Of a stretch of 64,000 nt of DNA, positions 25,166-39,202 are shown one piece after another. Position 1 is the first letter of the stretch; the number at the start of each line of letters is the position of its first letter. The stretch is taken from the NCBI GenBank assembly GCA_951406725.2, contig OX597837.1, positions 45,942,001-46,006,000 of the forward strand. Direction: 5' to 3'. Position numbers and translations under genes: made by a program. Origin of the DNA: Octopus vulgaris. Taxonomy: Eukaryota. The notes beneath the pieces were generated by a model that worked only from the letters and a program-made list of their open reading frames with translations, did not search any database and was not told the origin of the DNA.

Positions 25166-25959
25166 TGTATTAGAAATACAACATGTATAAAACATGGACT
25201 TTCCTCTGAAGCTAAATTTGTCTTCTACATACTCAAACAGAACAGAGATAATTTTCTGAAATAGTTTTCTAATTTAGGTTATAGTGCTTTTATTGCATTT
25301 AGAGAAGGTAATTTGCTTGGCTAATATAGGTTTTGTAAAGTAGGGAAATTAGTAAAAAATATCATTTTCTCAAAGCCAAACCTGCAGTAAATCTTACTCA
25401 TTGTGCCCCACCCACCCCTATTTAATCATTTATTTTAATTTGACTTCATTATCGTTTATATGAAGCCTTTCTCTTGAAGTTTAAACACCTGTATTCGTTT
25501 CTTTTCTTTTTCTGTTAGCCTTTAATGAAATATATAAATAAATAAATAAATCAGGAGAGTGCATGGACTCAGGGATGCATGGATGTAAGCAAAAGCTATG
25601 AAAATCCTGTACCCTTATTTCTCCAGTTGTATTAGAGTAACAAAGGGCAGTGAGCTGGCAGAATCATTAGCATGCCAGACGAAATACTTAGAAGCATTTC
25701 GTCCATGTTTATGTTCTGAGTTCAAATTCCACCCAAAGTCAACTTTGCCTTTCATCTTTTGGAATCAATAAAATAAGCACCACCTGAACATTGGGGGTCA
25801 ATGGAATCAACTAACCAACCCGGCTGAAACCGGCTCTGGCTCTGAGTACAAATGTCTCATTTTCATAAGTTTTGAATTAAAATCTTCCACCAAACATTTA
25901 GTCACAATTTATGTTCCGAACGCTAGCTGAATGATAACCAATACTAAATTCTTTGTTAT

Positions 25960-26482
25960 ACCGAGACCTTTGGAAATATGCTGTGCATGAGAAGACCTGG
26001 CAGGACAAGTGAGACCACAACCCATGGCCTTTACCTGGGATGTAGCCATTCCACTTATGCATACCTTTCCTCCTTGGGACACAAAACTCTGCTTGTGAAG
26101 ACCTGTTGAGGAAAGCGAAATCGAAATCAATAAAAAAAATCAATGGAAATTGTAGTTGTGATACCAGTGCCAGTGGCACGTAAGAGAACCATCCGAACAT
26201 GGCCGTTGCCAGCGCCATCTTGACTGGCCTCCATGCCGGCGGCACGTAAAAACCACCAACCGATCGTGGCCATTGCCAGCCTCGCCTGGCACCTGTGCCG
26301 GTGGCACGTAAAAAGCACCCACTACACTCATGGAGTGGTTGGCGTTAGGAAGGGCATCCAGCTGTAGAATCATTGCCAGATCAGACTGGAGACTGGTGCA
26401 GCCTCCTGGCTTCCCAGACCCCGGTCAAATCGTTCAACCCATGCTAGCATGGAAAGCGGATGTTAAACGATGATGATGATGA
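25960..26482 (+). mobile_element. RTE LINE 3' end (last codons plus UTR)
   Basis: RDLWKYAVHEKTWQDK* followed by the repeat-containing UTR and (GAT)n. Confidence 0.75.
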
Positions 26483-27249
26483 TTTAAAACAATTGAAAGA
26501 AACACAGAGAATCTCAACAGAAATCCAGTAACAAAAGGGTTAATTACTCCCTCGAACCTGCAGCCTTTGTGCCAAAATTTGAAATCAATATAGGAGTAAT
26601 GATGCAAAGAGGATAGACTAGCGATTAGCAGACAATCAAGCCATGACCAATACCAATTCTACCGTCACAAAAATTTATCAGTAAACTATTTTGATCCTTG
26701 CCTCTTTATTTATGAGAAAACAAAATCGATTTTGTATTTATATACTCCATTTTTCATTATGTTAATGAACAAGTTATAAATGCTTTAAAACTTATTTAAT
26801 ATAATTAAATTTGATAATTTTTCAATCCTTATAGCCAGCACCCCACTATGGGGCCTATTTCTCCTGACTCCACCACCTCTCTGAGTTTGAACCTTGTGGT
26901 GTGCAACCAACTGAAGCATTTGGTACTGCATTGATGCTTTTTTCTCTTTTTTTTCTCTTCTCTTTTTCTTTTTTTTTCCACATTTTTCTTCTTTTCTTTG
27001 TCGTTCTTTTATACAAACTTGTATGGTGGAAGAATCATGATTATTGTGTAGGACTTGTATTGCTGAAATGCAAGAAATTAAACAACAAATATCTTACAAA
27101 CTACAGAATTTTCTCAAGAAAGCCAAGAGAAAAAGATGTTTTATAAACACATTCTACCAGTATATGAAGTTTAAAAGTGTTTAGTTACAAAGAAATTATT
27201 TTAAAAATCTGCTGGTCAAAGCGAAAAGATCCGAATATTCTACTTCAAA

Positions 27250-28173
27250 ATAATGGTGTCAGATCATAAATTGTTGATGCAACACTTAAAAAGATCTTTT
27301 CTTTGCAATCATGTGGAAGTAGTGGAGTTGACAACCAATCTAAGACTTCTTACAAATGGTCATTCTGATGAAAGACAGTTTGCTAATTACCTTCTTGATG
27401 TAGGAAATGGTAACATTTCTGTTGAACAAAGCCTAGGTGAATTCAAAAATCAAACTACCCAATGACCTTTGCCTTGAAAGTGTTACTCTTTCAGATCTAT
27501 GTGATATTGTATATGCTGAACTCAAAAATAACTTCACAAACCCTGTGCGGCTTGCAAATAAAACCATCGTTACTCCAACAAATGAAGCAGCACAATTTGT
27601 GAATGATTTTCTGTTGACCAGGATCCCTGGTGAGCTAAAAAATATACAGAACCTCAGATACAGTTGATAATAACACTCTGTACTCAGTTGAGTTCATCAA
27701 CAAACTTACACCATCAGGGTTTCCATCACAAATTCTCTAACTGAAAAAAAAAACGATGCATGATGCTCCTGAGAAATTTAGATACTATTAATGGACATTG
27801 CAATGGCACACAGTACATCATTGTCAGTTCACATGATCGTGTTATTGAGGCTGAGGTTGCTTCTGGTCCTTATGCAAGATCAACTCTACTAATCCAAAGA
27901 ATACCACATGTATCTCAAGGAATGGAATTTCCATTTTCATTTACATGCAAACAATTTCCTGTCAAGCCAGCTTTTGCCTTGATGTGCAACAGGGCACAGG
28001 GACAGACTTTTGAACAAATTGGAATGTATCTTCCGACACAATTCTTCTCACATGGCCAGCTGTATGTTGCATTATTTAGAGTTCGAAAGAAGGTTTATGC
28101 AAAAATATTGGCTGAGAGAAATGGAAATAGTATGATTACTGACAATTGTGTCTACAAGGAGATACTACTTTAA
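27250..28173 (+). pseudogene. Helitron Rep/Hel PIF1-like helicase C-terminal fragment, frameshifted
   Basis: LTTNLR, IVTPTNE, MLLRNLD..NGHCNGT, QFPVKPAFA....AQGQT, FSHGQLYVA, NCVYKEIL motifs spread over three frames. Confidence 0.9.
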
Positions 28174-28381
28174 AGCAAAATATGCTTTTTAGCAAGTTTC
28201 AGGAAATAGAATCAACACATAAATTATATGTAAAGTAACATATATTTGTGTGGAATTAAATTGTTTTGGTATATTTCGACACATGCTGAATGAGTGATAT
28301 CCTTATCTTAGATCATTTTAAATTTGGACATATTTGAAAAAGTAAGGAAACGTCATTCCCATGTGTTCTCACAGGACCAGA

Positions 28382-28424
<43 letters not shown>

Positions 28425-29116
28425 ATCCATCCATCCATCCATCCATCCATCCAGCTAGCTAGCTATCTACCTACCTACGTGTCTGTCTATCTGTCTATCT
28501 ATCTATCTATCTATCTATCTATATATATATATATATATATATATCTTTGCACACTTAAGCAGGTTCTACCAATTATTAATGATAAATATATATAACAGAT
28601 TGACTCTTTAAAAAAGAGAGATTATGACATGAAATAAAGAAAGCAGTATTTACTAAGCAAGTGAGCACTATTATACAAAGAAATAATTAGACGTAAAATA
28701 TCATAAAAATTATTAGAATTGGGAATCAAATGCGAAAATATTATCGAGTGGATGGCAGAAAACCGCCCGGAGGTCTTTCTGCCAGTGAACGTAAGCAATC
28801 CAATAGAATTAAGTCCCTTGCATATATCTGAGGGAGGTAACTCTTTCTAACTTGCTCGTTATGTATTCTTGCAGCGAATTCAAATAAAGATGCTGACACC
28901 TCACAAAAGTGAAAGACACATTGGATAATATAAACCAAGAGACGCTATGCCTAAATAAAATTTAAAAAGGGATAGTTACGGCTTGAATTCTAATGCCTAT
29001 CTGAAAATCTGGCGAGAAAGTTTTGGGTCCCACAAACAATGTCACCTGGCCTTGTGTGTGACGGTTGTGTACAATTTCTTTATTTTAAAATAATAATAAT
29101 GGTAATAATAATAATA

Positions 29117-29715
29117 ATGAAATTATTGTCTACAGTGCTCAGGTGCCCCACAACTTGTCAAAAGTGCGTATAAAGCACATGCAGTAATGTACCAATATCT
29201 GGAAAGCGAACAATGTATGAGTCAGATAGATGCTTGCTAGTGTATGGAGGGGAGAAAATCAGGTGTAGTGTTGGCGAATCTCAGCAAGCATGGAAGTTTT
29301 GAAGGATGCAGTGCTCCGACAACTAACAACTGATGCTGGCAGTTTGTTCCATGCTTCAGCAACTCTTAGCGTGAAAAAATGTTTCCGAAAGTCAAGGAAG
29401 GAGCTGTGCTGTTTTCTGACTTTGTAAATATATCCACGGGTGTTAGATGGGTGGAGTTTGAAAAGGTGCTCAGAGTTATTGTTTGTAAGATGGTTAATAA
29501 TTTTATGGGTGTCTGCCAAGTCAGTTGCCAGATGTTGGAGTTTCAATGTGTCCATGCCCAGGGAGTAAGGCGTTCAGAATATGGCAAATGCCTGGTGGAG
29601 AGTATTCTTTTGGTTGCACGTCGCTGAACGGCTTCCAGACGATTAATATCCTGGGCAAGATAGGGATTCCAGACCGGTGACGCAAATTCCAGGTGAGGTC
29701 GTACCATAGCTATAT
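29117..29715 (-). mobile_element. CR1-type LINE 3' fragment with (TTA)n tail
   Basis: MVRPHLEFASPVWNPYLAQDINRLEAVQRRATKRI...YSERL; FFTLRVAEAWNKLP. Confidence 0.88.
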
Positions 29716-30438
29716 AAGGTGGCGAGCTGACAGAATCGATAGCATTTCGGGAAAAATACTTTGCGGCATTTCGTCCGTCTTTACGTTCTGGATTCAAATT
29801 CCGCTGAGGATCGATTCTGCCTTTTATCCTTTCAGCGTCGATAAAATAGTACCAGTTAAACACTAGGGGGTCAATGTAATCGACTTACCCCTATCCCCAA
29901 ACTTGCGGACCTTGCGCCGTGTGTGTGTGTGAAGCTAAATGCTTAAAAACTGTATTTTTTGCAGCATTTGGACAAATTGAAAAGGAAAAAAATTATCCCT
30001 GAAGACAAGATCAACCGGCCGGAAAAATACATTTCTTGGCGAACAAATGATATATTGATGTTTAGCAAAAGCACAAGGTTACACATTTGCGGGCAAACAG
30101 AAGATAGATCGACGTCATTTTCTGATTAAGTATTTTATTTTATCTATCGAGGCGAAGACGTGCCTGCGTGGCAAGAGGGTGGCTTCCTAACCACATAGGT
30201 CCGGGTTCAGTCCCACTGCGTGGCACCTTGGGCAAAAATCTTCAACTAGAGACTCGGGCCAACCAAAGCCTCGTGAATGAATTTGGCAGACGGAAACTGA
30301 AAAAGCCCAGAGAGAGGGAGGGAGAGAGAAAAAGAAAGAGAGAGGGGGAAGAAAGAGAGAGGAAGGGAGAGAAAGAGATAGAAAGAAAGAGAGAGATGTA
30401 TATATCTATGTGTCTGTTTGTCCCCATCATCACGTTTA

Positions 30439-30500
<62 letters not shown>

Positions 30501-31013
30501 TGCCTGTGCTCGTCCACCACCACTGCTTAAAAACCGGTGTTGGTATGTTAACGTTCTCGTAACTTAGGGGTTCGGCAAAAGACACCGACAAAATAAGTAC
30601 CAGGCTTTAAAAAGAATATATAAGTACTGGAATCGATATATTCGACTAAAAATCTTCAAAACGGTGCTCCAACATGGCCACAGTTTAACGACTGAAACAA
30701 GTAAAAGATAAAAACTAAAGGTCCCGGAATGATGATGACTGAAGTTGACACCCGCGGGATTTGAACTCAGAATGTAATAATGTCATTATGTAAAAGTGTA
30801 GAGATATGTGTGACTTCTGAGGAAAATCGGTGACGGTCAAAGCAGAGTGAAGGGATTTAATGGGGGGGGGGGAGCAGCAGGAAATGACTCAGAATCAGTG
30901 AAGCGGAAAGGCAGGAAATGACGGCTTCACGCTACAATGGTCACCAAGGCAAGCACATTCACCCAGTCACATTAAATGTGTGTGTGTGTGTGCATATGAA
31001 TATATCTATGTAC

Positions 31014-31101
<88 letters not shown>

Positions 31102-31126
31102 ATATGTTTATGTGTGCGTGATTGTA

Positions 31127-31182
<56 letters not shown>

Positions 31183-31307
31183 AAATACAAACTGGGACAA
31201 GAACGCAAAACATTTAGAAGATGATACAAAAACTACGGACGGGACATTCGAAGCCTTCAATCTTCAGTCAAGAACCGGATCATCCTCGCAATTTCGGCTG
31301 ATTAATC

Positions 31308-31344
<37 letters not shown>

Positions 31345-31362
31345 TGTATGTATGTATGTATG

Positions 31363-31393
<31 letters not shown>

Positions 31394-31912
31394 ATATCTT
31401 CCTGCTGAAGATGGCAACGCCAATTGTAAATTTAAAATCATTTTACTATGCATAGTCGGATCTTTTCAGTTTGAAGGCCAGATTTTCCTAGTTAACTAAA
31501 CAATTTGAAATTTCGTATACTGGTAGAATGTGTCAAAAGAAAACATAATTGTAAACCAAAATGAAAACGGAATTGTAATTTCTAAGTTTAACGTTGTTTA
31601 ATAATTCGAATTTTAACCAATGATATTCAGCCTCATATTATTTACTGCCTCTCAAAATATTGTTACTGTGATGTAAGCAGCTATTTTGTGACGTAGTTAA
31701 CGTAAACATGTAAACAGACCTACAGATTCGTTTGTAACGTAAACATCCGTTCATCGTAAACAGCTAAATTTGCTTGGCATCGTACACAGCTTTTTCAGTT
31801 CCCTAGAATTATATTTGAAAGAAAATAAAAATAAAAAGATTCATACGCATAAATATCCATCCTTAGAAATCAGAAAATGAGTGTTTAAATTATTTTCCAT
31901 TGTTTGCATTGC

Positions 31913-31961
<49 letters not shown>

Positions 31962-32648
31962 TACATACACACATACTAAAATTACATCGTTGGAGCAGTA
32001 ATTTATTTATGTATTTTTTGTTATACAATTTATTTTAAAGCTGAATCCCTATCCTGCCATTAACCCCTTTCTTATAAAGTAGTTGAAGAATCTGGGGTGT
32101 AGGTATTGGGCCAGTATTGGAACTTTTGACTTCTTGCTCTCTATCTTATGATCTCCGAACTTTAAGAATCTTGTGTTAACTGGGCTCTTATTATTTACTC
32201 TGACTCTGCCACCACCTCAATGCAAAGACTATCAATATCAGAATCATCTTCACAACCACCACCACAACCATTACTACAACCTCCAATGCCACCACCACAA
32301 CCCCAAGACCAATACCAGCATCATATTCAAAATCACCAATTTCACCACCACTACACTCTGCAATGTCTTCAACACTACCATCCATGAGACATCCTAACAT
32401 AATCCATGCTACAGCTACTATCATCATCATTATCATTATCATCCATTGCCGCCGCCACCACCACCACCACCTCTACAAAAACACCAACACTATAATTGCT
32501 GCCATCATACACATCCACTGTCACCACTACACCACCACCACCACTGCCATGATAACCACATCTACCACCTCCAACACCATTGCCACCACTATCTATGAGA
32601 CATCCTAAGTTAGATACTACTTTCACTTTCTAGTTGCTCTTTGAGTTT

Positions 32649-32925
32649 ATCTTTATATATAAAAGAGAGGTTGTGTATCTGTCTCCTACGATTTAGATTC
32701 CTAACTACTCCCACATTTTGCAGTGCAGTTTAACCAAAACCGGGTATCTTATAGTTGTGATTCATATCGAGCCCTTCTGGGTATTAGCGCACGTCTACGA
32801 TGAGTTTACGATTAAAAAAAAATTACCATAATTTTTTCCGCATTTTTAATGCATTTTCGCTCGGTTTATATAAGGGAAGTAACTCTCTAAAATGTATTAT
32901 TAAATCTCAGAATGTAAAAAGCTAC
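32649..32925 (+). mobile_element. Non-autonomous Helitron 5' portion
   Basis: A|TCTTTATATATAAAAG start followed by a tgtgtatctgtc-type microsatellite remnant, typical of HINE/Helitron 5' ends. Confidence 0.45.
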
Positions 32926-32981
32926 ATACATATATATACGATTTATTTGTTACAGTTCCTGTCTACGAAATCCATATATAT

Positions 32982-35680
32982 TGTTGTTGGCATCCTTTTT
33001 GTCTCGGGAGACAATGGAGTTGCGCATAAAATAATCTAGTCCGGCTTTTACATTTCATGTCCTAATACATCTCTTGCTGTGGCTGTGTAGTCCTATCCGG
33101 GACAAACACTCCCTCTGGCAGGTGCCGTAAATGTAGCGAAGATTTTGCCTGACTGGTTGTAATGTCATAGTTTCTTGTTGACGTCTTTTCTTGTCTTTCC
33201 ATTTCTCCTTTCTCACTATGTCACTCCTTTGTGTTCCCTCTTTTACGGTACGTCGCCAATCTCCACGGTTGCTGGCAACTGCTTCCCAGTTGGTAATATT
33301 GATGTTGCAGGCATTCATGTCCCTTTTGCAAACATCCTTGTATCGTAAGAACAGTCTTCCCACAGACCTAGTGCCCCTAGCAAGCTCTCCGTTGAGTATG
33401 TCCTTGGGGATTCTGCCATCTTCCATACGGCTAACATGTCCAAGCCATCTCATACGTCTTTGTGTGAAGAGTGCAAACATGCTTGGTATTCCTGCTTGCT
33501 TGAGGACATCTTTGTTAGGGACATGATTCTGCCATTTGATGCGATGGATTTTCCGGAGACAGCGCAGGTGAAAGATATTTAGGCGACGTATGGCGTCGTA
33601 TGGCGTGTGTATGGCGTCAAAGTCATACAGTAGAGTGCTAAGTACACATGCCTGGTAAATCTTCATTTTTGTGGTCTTGGTCAGCTTATTGTTGTCCCAT
33701 GCGCGTTTGGTGAGTTGGGCCATCACAGCAGCTGCCTTGCCAATGCGTATATTGAGCTCAGCATCAAGGGATAGGTTGTAGGTGACGGTAGAGCCAAGAT
33801 AGGTAAACTTCTCCACCTCCTATACTCTGTGGTCTCCAATATGTATGTTTGGGATGTCCGATGTAGCCTGACCCATGATGTTGGTCTTCTTGAGGCTGAT
33901 AACTAAGCCAAAGTTGCCAAATGCTTGCTCAAAACAGTTGCTGAGCCTTCGTAGGGCTTCTTCTGTGTGTGATACCAGAGCGGCATCATCAGCAAATAGC
34001 ATCTCCTTGATCAGGACGCTTCTGAGATTTTGGTCTTGGCACGCAGACACGAGAGATTGAACAGTTTCCCATCACTTCTACTGTGCAGAAACACTCCATC
34101 ATCTGATGTCTCAAAGGCATGTGACAGCAGCAGCGAGAAGATGCCAAATAATGTAGGAGCAAGGACACAACCTTGCTCTACCCCATTTTTTATTTGGAAG
34201 GCGGCTGATGTTGAACCATTGTGCTGTATGGTGCCTTGCATATTAGCATGGAATGATTTGATGATCCTCAGCAGCTTTGGTGAACATCCGATTTTTTGGA
34301 GCAGGATGAAGAGGCCTTTTCTACTTACCAAGTCAAAGCCCTTTGTCAGATCAATGAAGGCCATATATAATGGCATGTTCTGCTCTCTGGACTTCTGAAG
34401 TTGGCGTATGGAGAATATCATGTCAATAGTTGATCTGCTTCTTCTAAAGCCACACCGCGATTCTGGATAAATTCGAGAAGCAATTAGTTGCAGCCTGGAC
34501 AGGATAATGCGAGTAGAGGCCTTTCCAACTGTGCTTAGAAGAGATATTCCACGGTAATTGTTACAATCATCACGGTCACTTTTATTTTTGTAAAGCGTAA
34601 TGATGTTAGCATCCCGCATATTCTGAGGGACTGTACCCTCTAACCAGCACTGAAACAGAAGCTCATGAATGTGCCGAAGCAGGATGATGTTTTTGCCGGT
34701 TTTGATGATCTCTAAGGGGATGCCGTCTTTTCCCGGAGCCTTGTTACTTGCTAGGGAGATTTGGTGAGCTCTGCTATAGATGGCAGACTGTCAAGTTCAC
34801 ACATGACTGGCAAGATCTTGACACCCTCGATTGCAGCCTCAGCTACCTCTCGTGAGTAGAGATCCTGGTAGTACTCCATCCATGTATCCATTTGCTTGCT
34901 TTGGTCCTTGATGAGATCTCCAGTAGTTGATTTCAGAGGGGCTGAGGTGGTTGCGGATGGACCGAGGGCCTTCTTCAAACCGGCATACATCCCACGGGTG
35001 TCGCCACTGTCAGCAGCTGACTGGATACTCTGACAGATTTCCTGTCAATACCCATTTGCACAGCGTCTGGCAGTGAGTTGGGTTTTATTTCTTGCCTTTC
35101 TGAGTTCTTCGAGTGACTTTGTAGAAGAAACACTCTTGTATTGCATCAGAGCTGCACGCTTTGCTTCGATAACTGTTTCCAGCTCTGAGAGCCCAGCACT
35201 GAACAAAATCTGGGTTTTACCTTTATCTCATTCCGAAAGTATCTATTGATGTGGTATACGAAGCTTCCCTGATATAATTCCACCTACTTTCAGCAGAGGA
35301 GGTTGGGCAGCTACTGAGGGCAACCTTGATAGAAACAGCAAAACATTGTCGCAGTGTAGGGTCCGAGGTTCTGGCAGTGTTAATGCGTGGTTGGCTCATT
35401 TTCTTGGAGTGATGGACTTTTTAGGCAGAATCCTCACCCTTCTTATTAGTGAATGATCTGTGTCACAATCCGCGCTACGGGTCAGTTGAACAGAATTCAG
35501 AAAGGATCTTCGTGTAATGATGAGATCCAACTGATGCCAGTGGTGAGATCTTGGATGTCTCCAAGATGCCTTGTGGGATGTCTTGTTGGGAAAGAATGTG
35601 TTGGTGATGCACAGGTTATGGTATGTGCAAAATTCAAGTAGTCTCTGGCCATTGTCATTCATGTTGCCAATACTAAAACA
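32982..35680 (-). mobile_element. RTE-clade (BovB-like) LINE, 5'-truncated, multiple frameshifts
   Basis: EN motifs (NDNGQRLLEFC, WRHPRSHHWHQLD, DTDH) and RT motifs (NYRGISLLS, FIDLTKGFD, GVEQGCVLAPTLF, LFADD, FTYLGS, WLGHV.RM); (CAA) tail. Confidence 0.92.
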
Positions 35681-35741
35681 CATACACTTACATATATACA
35701 TATATATACGATTGATTTGTTTCAGTTCCTGTCCACGAAAT

Positions 35742-35813
<72 letters not shown>

Positions 35814-36548
35814 GTATGTACACACACACACACACAAAGATAAATTGATAGATACAACTGAGTGGGCAAACAAAAATGTGAGACACTGCGTAGAGCTTTT
35901 TTAAATTTTGATAAGCCTGGTACTTATTCTATCAGTTTCTTCTTGTGAAACCAGTATGTTATGGGGATGTAAATAAACGAACACCAGTTGTGAAGCAGTG
36001 ATGAGGGAGAAACACAAAGACACACACAGACTTACATACATACATATATATACGATTGATTTCTTTCAGTTTCTGTCTACAAAATCCACTGACAAGGCTT
36101 TGGTTGGTCTCAGGCTATAGTAGAAGACACATGCCAAGTTACCACACAGTGGGACTGAACTGAGAACCATGCGTTTTGGAACCATAAGAATGCATAAATC
36201 TAAAATCTTAAATAATTTCTTTGTTATTGTAGTATATATCAGTAAAAAATGGAATATTCCTAAAATTGCATGATTAACTAAATGATTTTCATTTCTTATT
36301 TAAACGTGGCAATCCTCTTGAAAAAAAATTGAGAACCTCAAAAACTGAACTTTCACCAACTCGTCATGTAGTGCCTTACTGCTTTCTGCTGGATTTTACC
36401 TCGAGAAAGGAACCCTGAGGAAGGAGGGCTGAATTTCGAATACTTCGTACAACAAACGGCTGCAGGTTAGGAAAAAATTTTAATCGCCTCTTTTAATTTA
36501 GGTTTTTATTTTTCATGTTTATATTCGTATTACATTGTTATGTTTATA

Positions 36549-37115
36549 TTGGGTTGTCCGGAAAGTTCGTTCCGATTTTTAAAGGAAAGTACATGGTCAC
36601 TAAATACTTGCCATTACATTTTTAATGAACCAAATCTGAACCATTTCGTTGCACAATACGTCTCCATCTTACCTTTACCTTAAAAATACCCTCTTCCCAG
36701 AATTGGGGTGGTTTCAAGGCAAATAATTCATCAAGGTATCTTTTTACGTCATCTAAGGAATTGAAATTTTCCCCATTAAGACTATTCTGCAGAGACCTGA
36801 ATAAGTGGAAATCCGAAGGAGTAATATCTGGTGAATATGGAGGGTGGGGTAAGTCACCCCAGCCAAGCTGCAGCAATTTTTGTCTGGTTCCCAAAGCATC
36901 AAATGCCGATAATGAATTTTTCTCATCTTTTAATTTAAAGGGTTACAGAATTAACACAGGTTATTGGAACATAAACCTTCTTCCACGAAAAGATAGATTA
37001 AACTGTGCTCCAAATGGAGGTGTAGTCAAATCCTATTTTATGGACTCAAACATGTTCTAAAATAAGTCGAAAGATAAGCTACTATAAATCTGCAAGAACT
37101 TTCCGGACAACCCAA
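36549..37115 (-). mobile_element. Internally deleted mariner element
   Basis: TIRs TTGGGTTGTCCGGAAAGTTC with TA TSDs; transposase C-terminus LPHPPYSPDITPSDFHLFRSLQNSL. Confidence 0.9.
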
Positions 37116-37510
37116 TATTTCTATATTTTTATCATGAAATTCTTAATATAAATATGTGGATATTCGTATGGAATAATACCTCATGTGCTACATCTGAATT
37201 TTCTTGTCTGAATGTTTTAAGACAAATATCCGAAATTTTTATCGTATACCACATTTTATTAATACTTAGCTCATATACGGAGGCAAAAATGTTGTACTAT
37301 ATACTGCAGGTTATCTCCATTAAAATTATATTTAGCATTAGAATTCTTCAAGTTGTATAAAAATGGTTATTGTCTGCATCATTCGAAAGCGAAATAAATT
37401 TTGCATAAGGTGTAAAAGATAAAAATAATTTGTATGGTGTTAGTAACAAAATATTTTGTAAGAAATAGAACTTTTATCGTCTGTCTTAAATATATTTTCG
37501 CCAGTGTATA

Positions 37511-38404
37511 TATCTCAGGTCATCCCATAAGTTCTGTCTGAATTTTGGATAAAGAATACAAGTGATCAAATGTTATATTTAATCATCAATGTACTTTCCC
37601 TAATTATCTATGACTTACTTCCATCTATTTACAAGCTTTTTAATCCCATCAACGTAAAACTCTTTTGGTTTCAAAGCGAAGAACTCTGAAATGTCAGGTT
37701 CGACCTCCCACTGGCTTGCGAAAGTTGTATCCCCCTACTAATTCTGTAAACTATGAAACAAATGGTATCCGGAAGGAGTAAGGTCGGGAGAATAAGTTGG
37801 AAGAAGAAATTTTTCCAAACCGACCCCTTCGATCTTCTGTGATGTGATCTTTGCAATGTGGGGTTGCGCATTGTCCTGATGAAACATCACTCGTTTTCGA
37901 CTCACTAAAGCGGCTGCCTTCAAAGCTTGGTTCAAACGCTCTCGTTCACCAGACCTTTCTCCCCTTGATTTCTTTTTCTGGGGTATGTTGAAAGAGAAAG
38001 CTTACTCAATAAAGATTACAGATTTAAAACACATGAGAGAACGCATTACCAGTCAGTGTGCTGAAATTGATGGCAATGTAGACTTATTTAATCAAGTTCA
38101 CCTGAATTTTGCAAGGCGCATCAAGTTATGCATTGAAAATGATGGAAATCACTTTGAAAATATTATTTATTAACATTATAATTAAATAAAATTGTTTTGT
38201 TTTAAAAGTATGTGTTAATCCCCATGTACGCAGACTTTGTGGACACCGTCTATTATTTTGTAAAACAATATTGAATTAGTTTAAACGTACACAAATGCAT
38301 AAAAATAATTTTTAATTGAATTAGACATTTGCAAATACTATTAAATTCCATTCAAATCTAAAAAAAAATGTAAAATTGGACAGAATTGACTGGTTGACTT
38401 GATA
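37511..38404 (-). mobile_element. Second mariner remnant
   Basis: VMFHQDNAQPH...PTYSPDLTPSGYHLFHSLQN (37738-37935); degenerate TIRs at ~37515 and ~38400. Confidence 0.75.
37940..38250 (+). mobile_element. Tc1/mariner-superfamily transposase C-terminal fragment nested in the mariner
   Basis: RSPDLSPLDFFFWGMLKEKAY...RRIKLCIENDGNHFE. Confidence 0.85.
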
Positions 38405-38791
38405 TGTATAATCTATGATATTCTAGTAAGTTTCAAGTTTATAACACCTTGATATCTCATGTTATCTCATTTTATATGCCTAAGACGTTTATTTTCTATT
38501 CTGGTTTTTATATATTTCTATACATTATATTTATATCTATAATTTATTTTAAGCCGAAACATAATACGATCCTTGTACGAACGAAAGAACAAGAATGTCC
38601 TCTGGAACGTTTATCTTCCACCGGCATTTGTAATCGATGGCGACATGTGCGATGATTTTGCGACTATCTTATATTTTACAGAGAAATTGGAAGCCCCGAA
38701 TGTAAGTCAGCGCTCTATGCATAATTCAATATTCATAGTTCTCTATTTCTAACAGAAATTCTGTCCTCAATAACTATAGATCTATTTCTAA

Positions 38792-39012
38792 ATGTATTTC
38801 TTTTCGTTCATGCATTCCCGTCTGTCGCTTGACAAAGCTTTCTTTCTCCAGCGTTCACCACGTCACCCCGTTACGGTTAAACAGCCCTTACCGAAAATTT
38901 TTACTGTCCTGATTTTGTTAGCAGCTTTGACGTTCCACATATCTCAAATTTTATCTAATTTGCTTCGGGGGAGCAGTTGCTTTGACGAAGACACATCTTG
39001 TTGCAATGCGGA
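38792..39012 (+). CDS. Possible first coding exon of an unknown membrane/secreted protein
   Basis: Non-repetitive, CpG-retaining segment; hydrophobic stretch IFTVLILLAALTFHISQIL; ends at GA|GTAAGT donor. No homology recognised. Confidence 0.2.
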
Positions 39013-39109
39013 GTAAGTAATACTGCCAACAACTGAGGAAGAGTTGTTTTTCTTATATGCTGTCTTCATGCTATAGTTCTCTATGTAATTAAAATTCTTC
39101 TTCCTCCTT

Positions 39110-39119
39110 CCGCTGCTGC

Positions 39120-39202
<83 letters not shown>

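Noticed and set aside
27760-28173. Host PIF1 helicase gene
   Set aside because: Intronless, frameshifted, with the Helitron-type NxVYKEIL terminus.
31185-31310. Insert in (TA)n with GAAA and CUGAAGA on the minus strand
   Set aside because: Probably a Penelope-type fragment, but the helices could not be built into a valid hammerhead.
31400-31432. CUGAAGA-UGGC-aac-GCCA-AUUGUA next to a TA-rich tract
   Set aside because: GAAA and helix I are missing; at best a deleted remnant.
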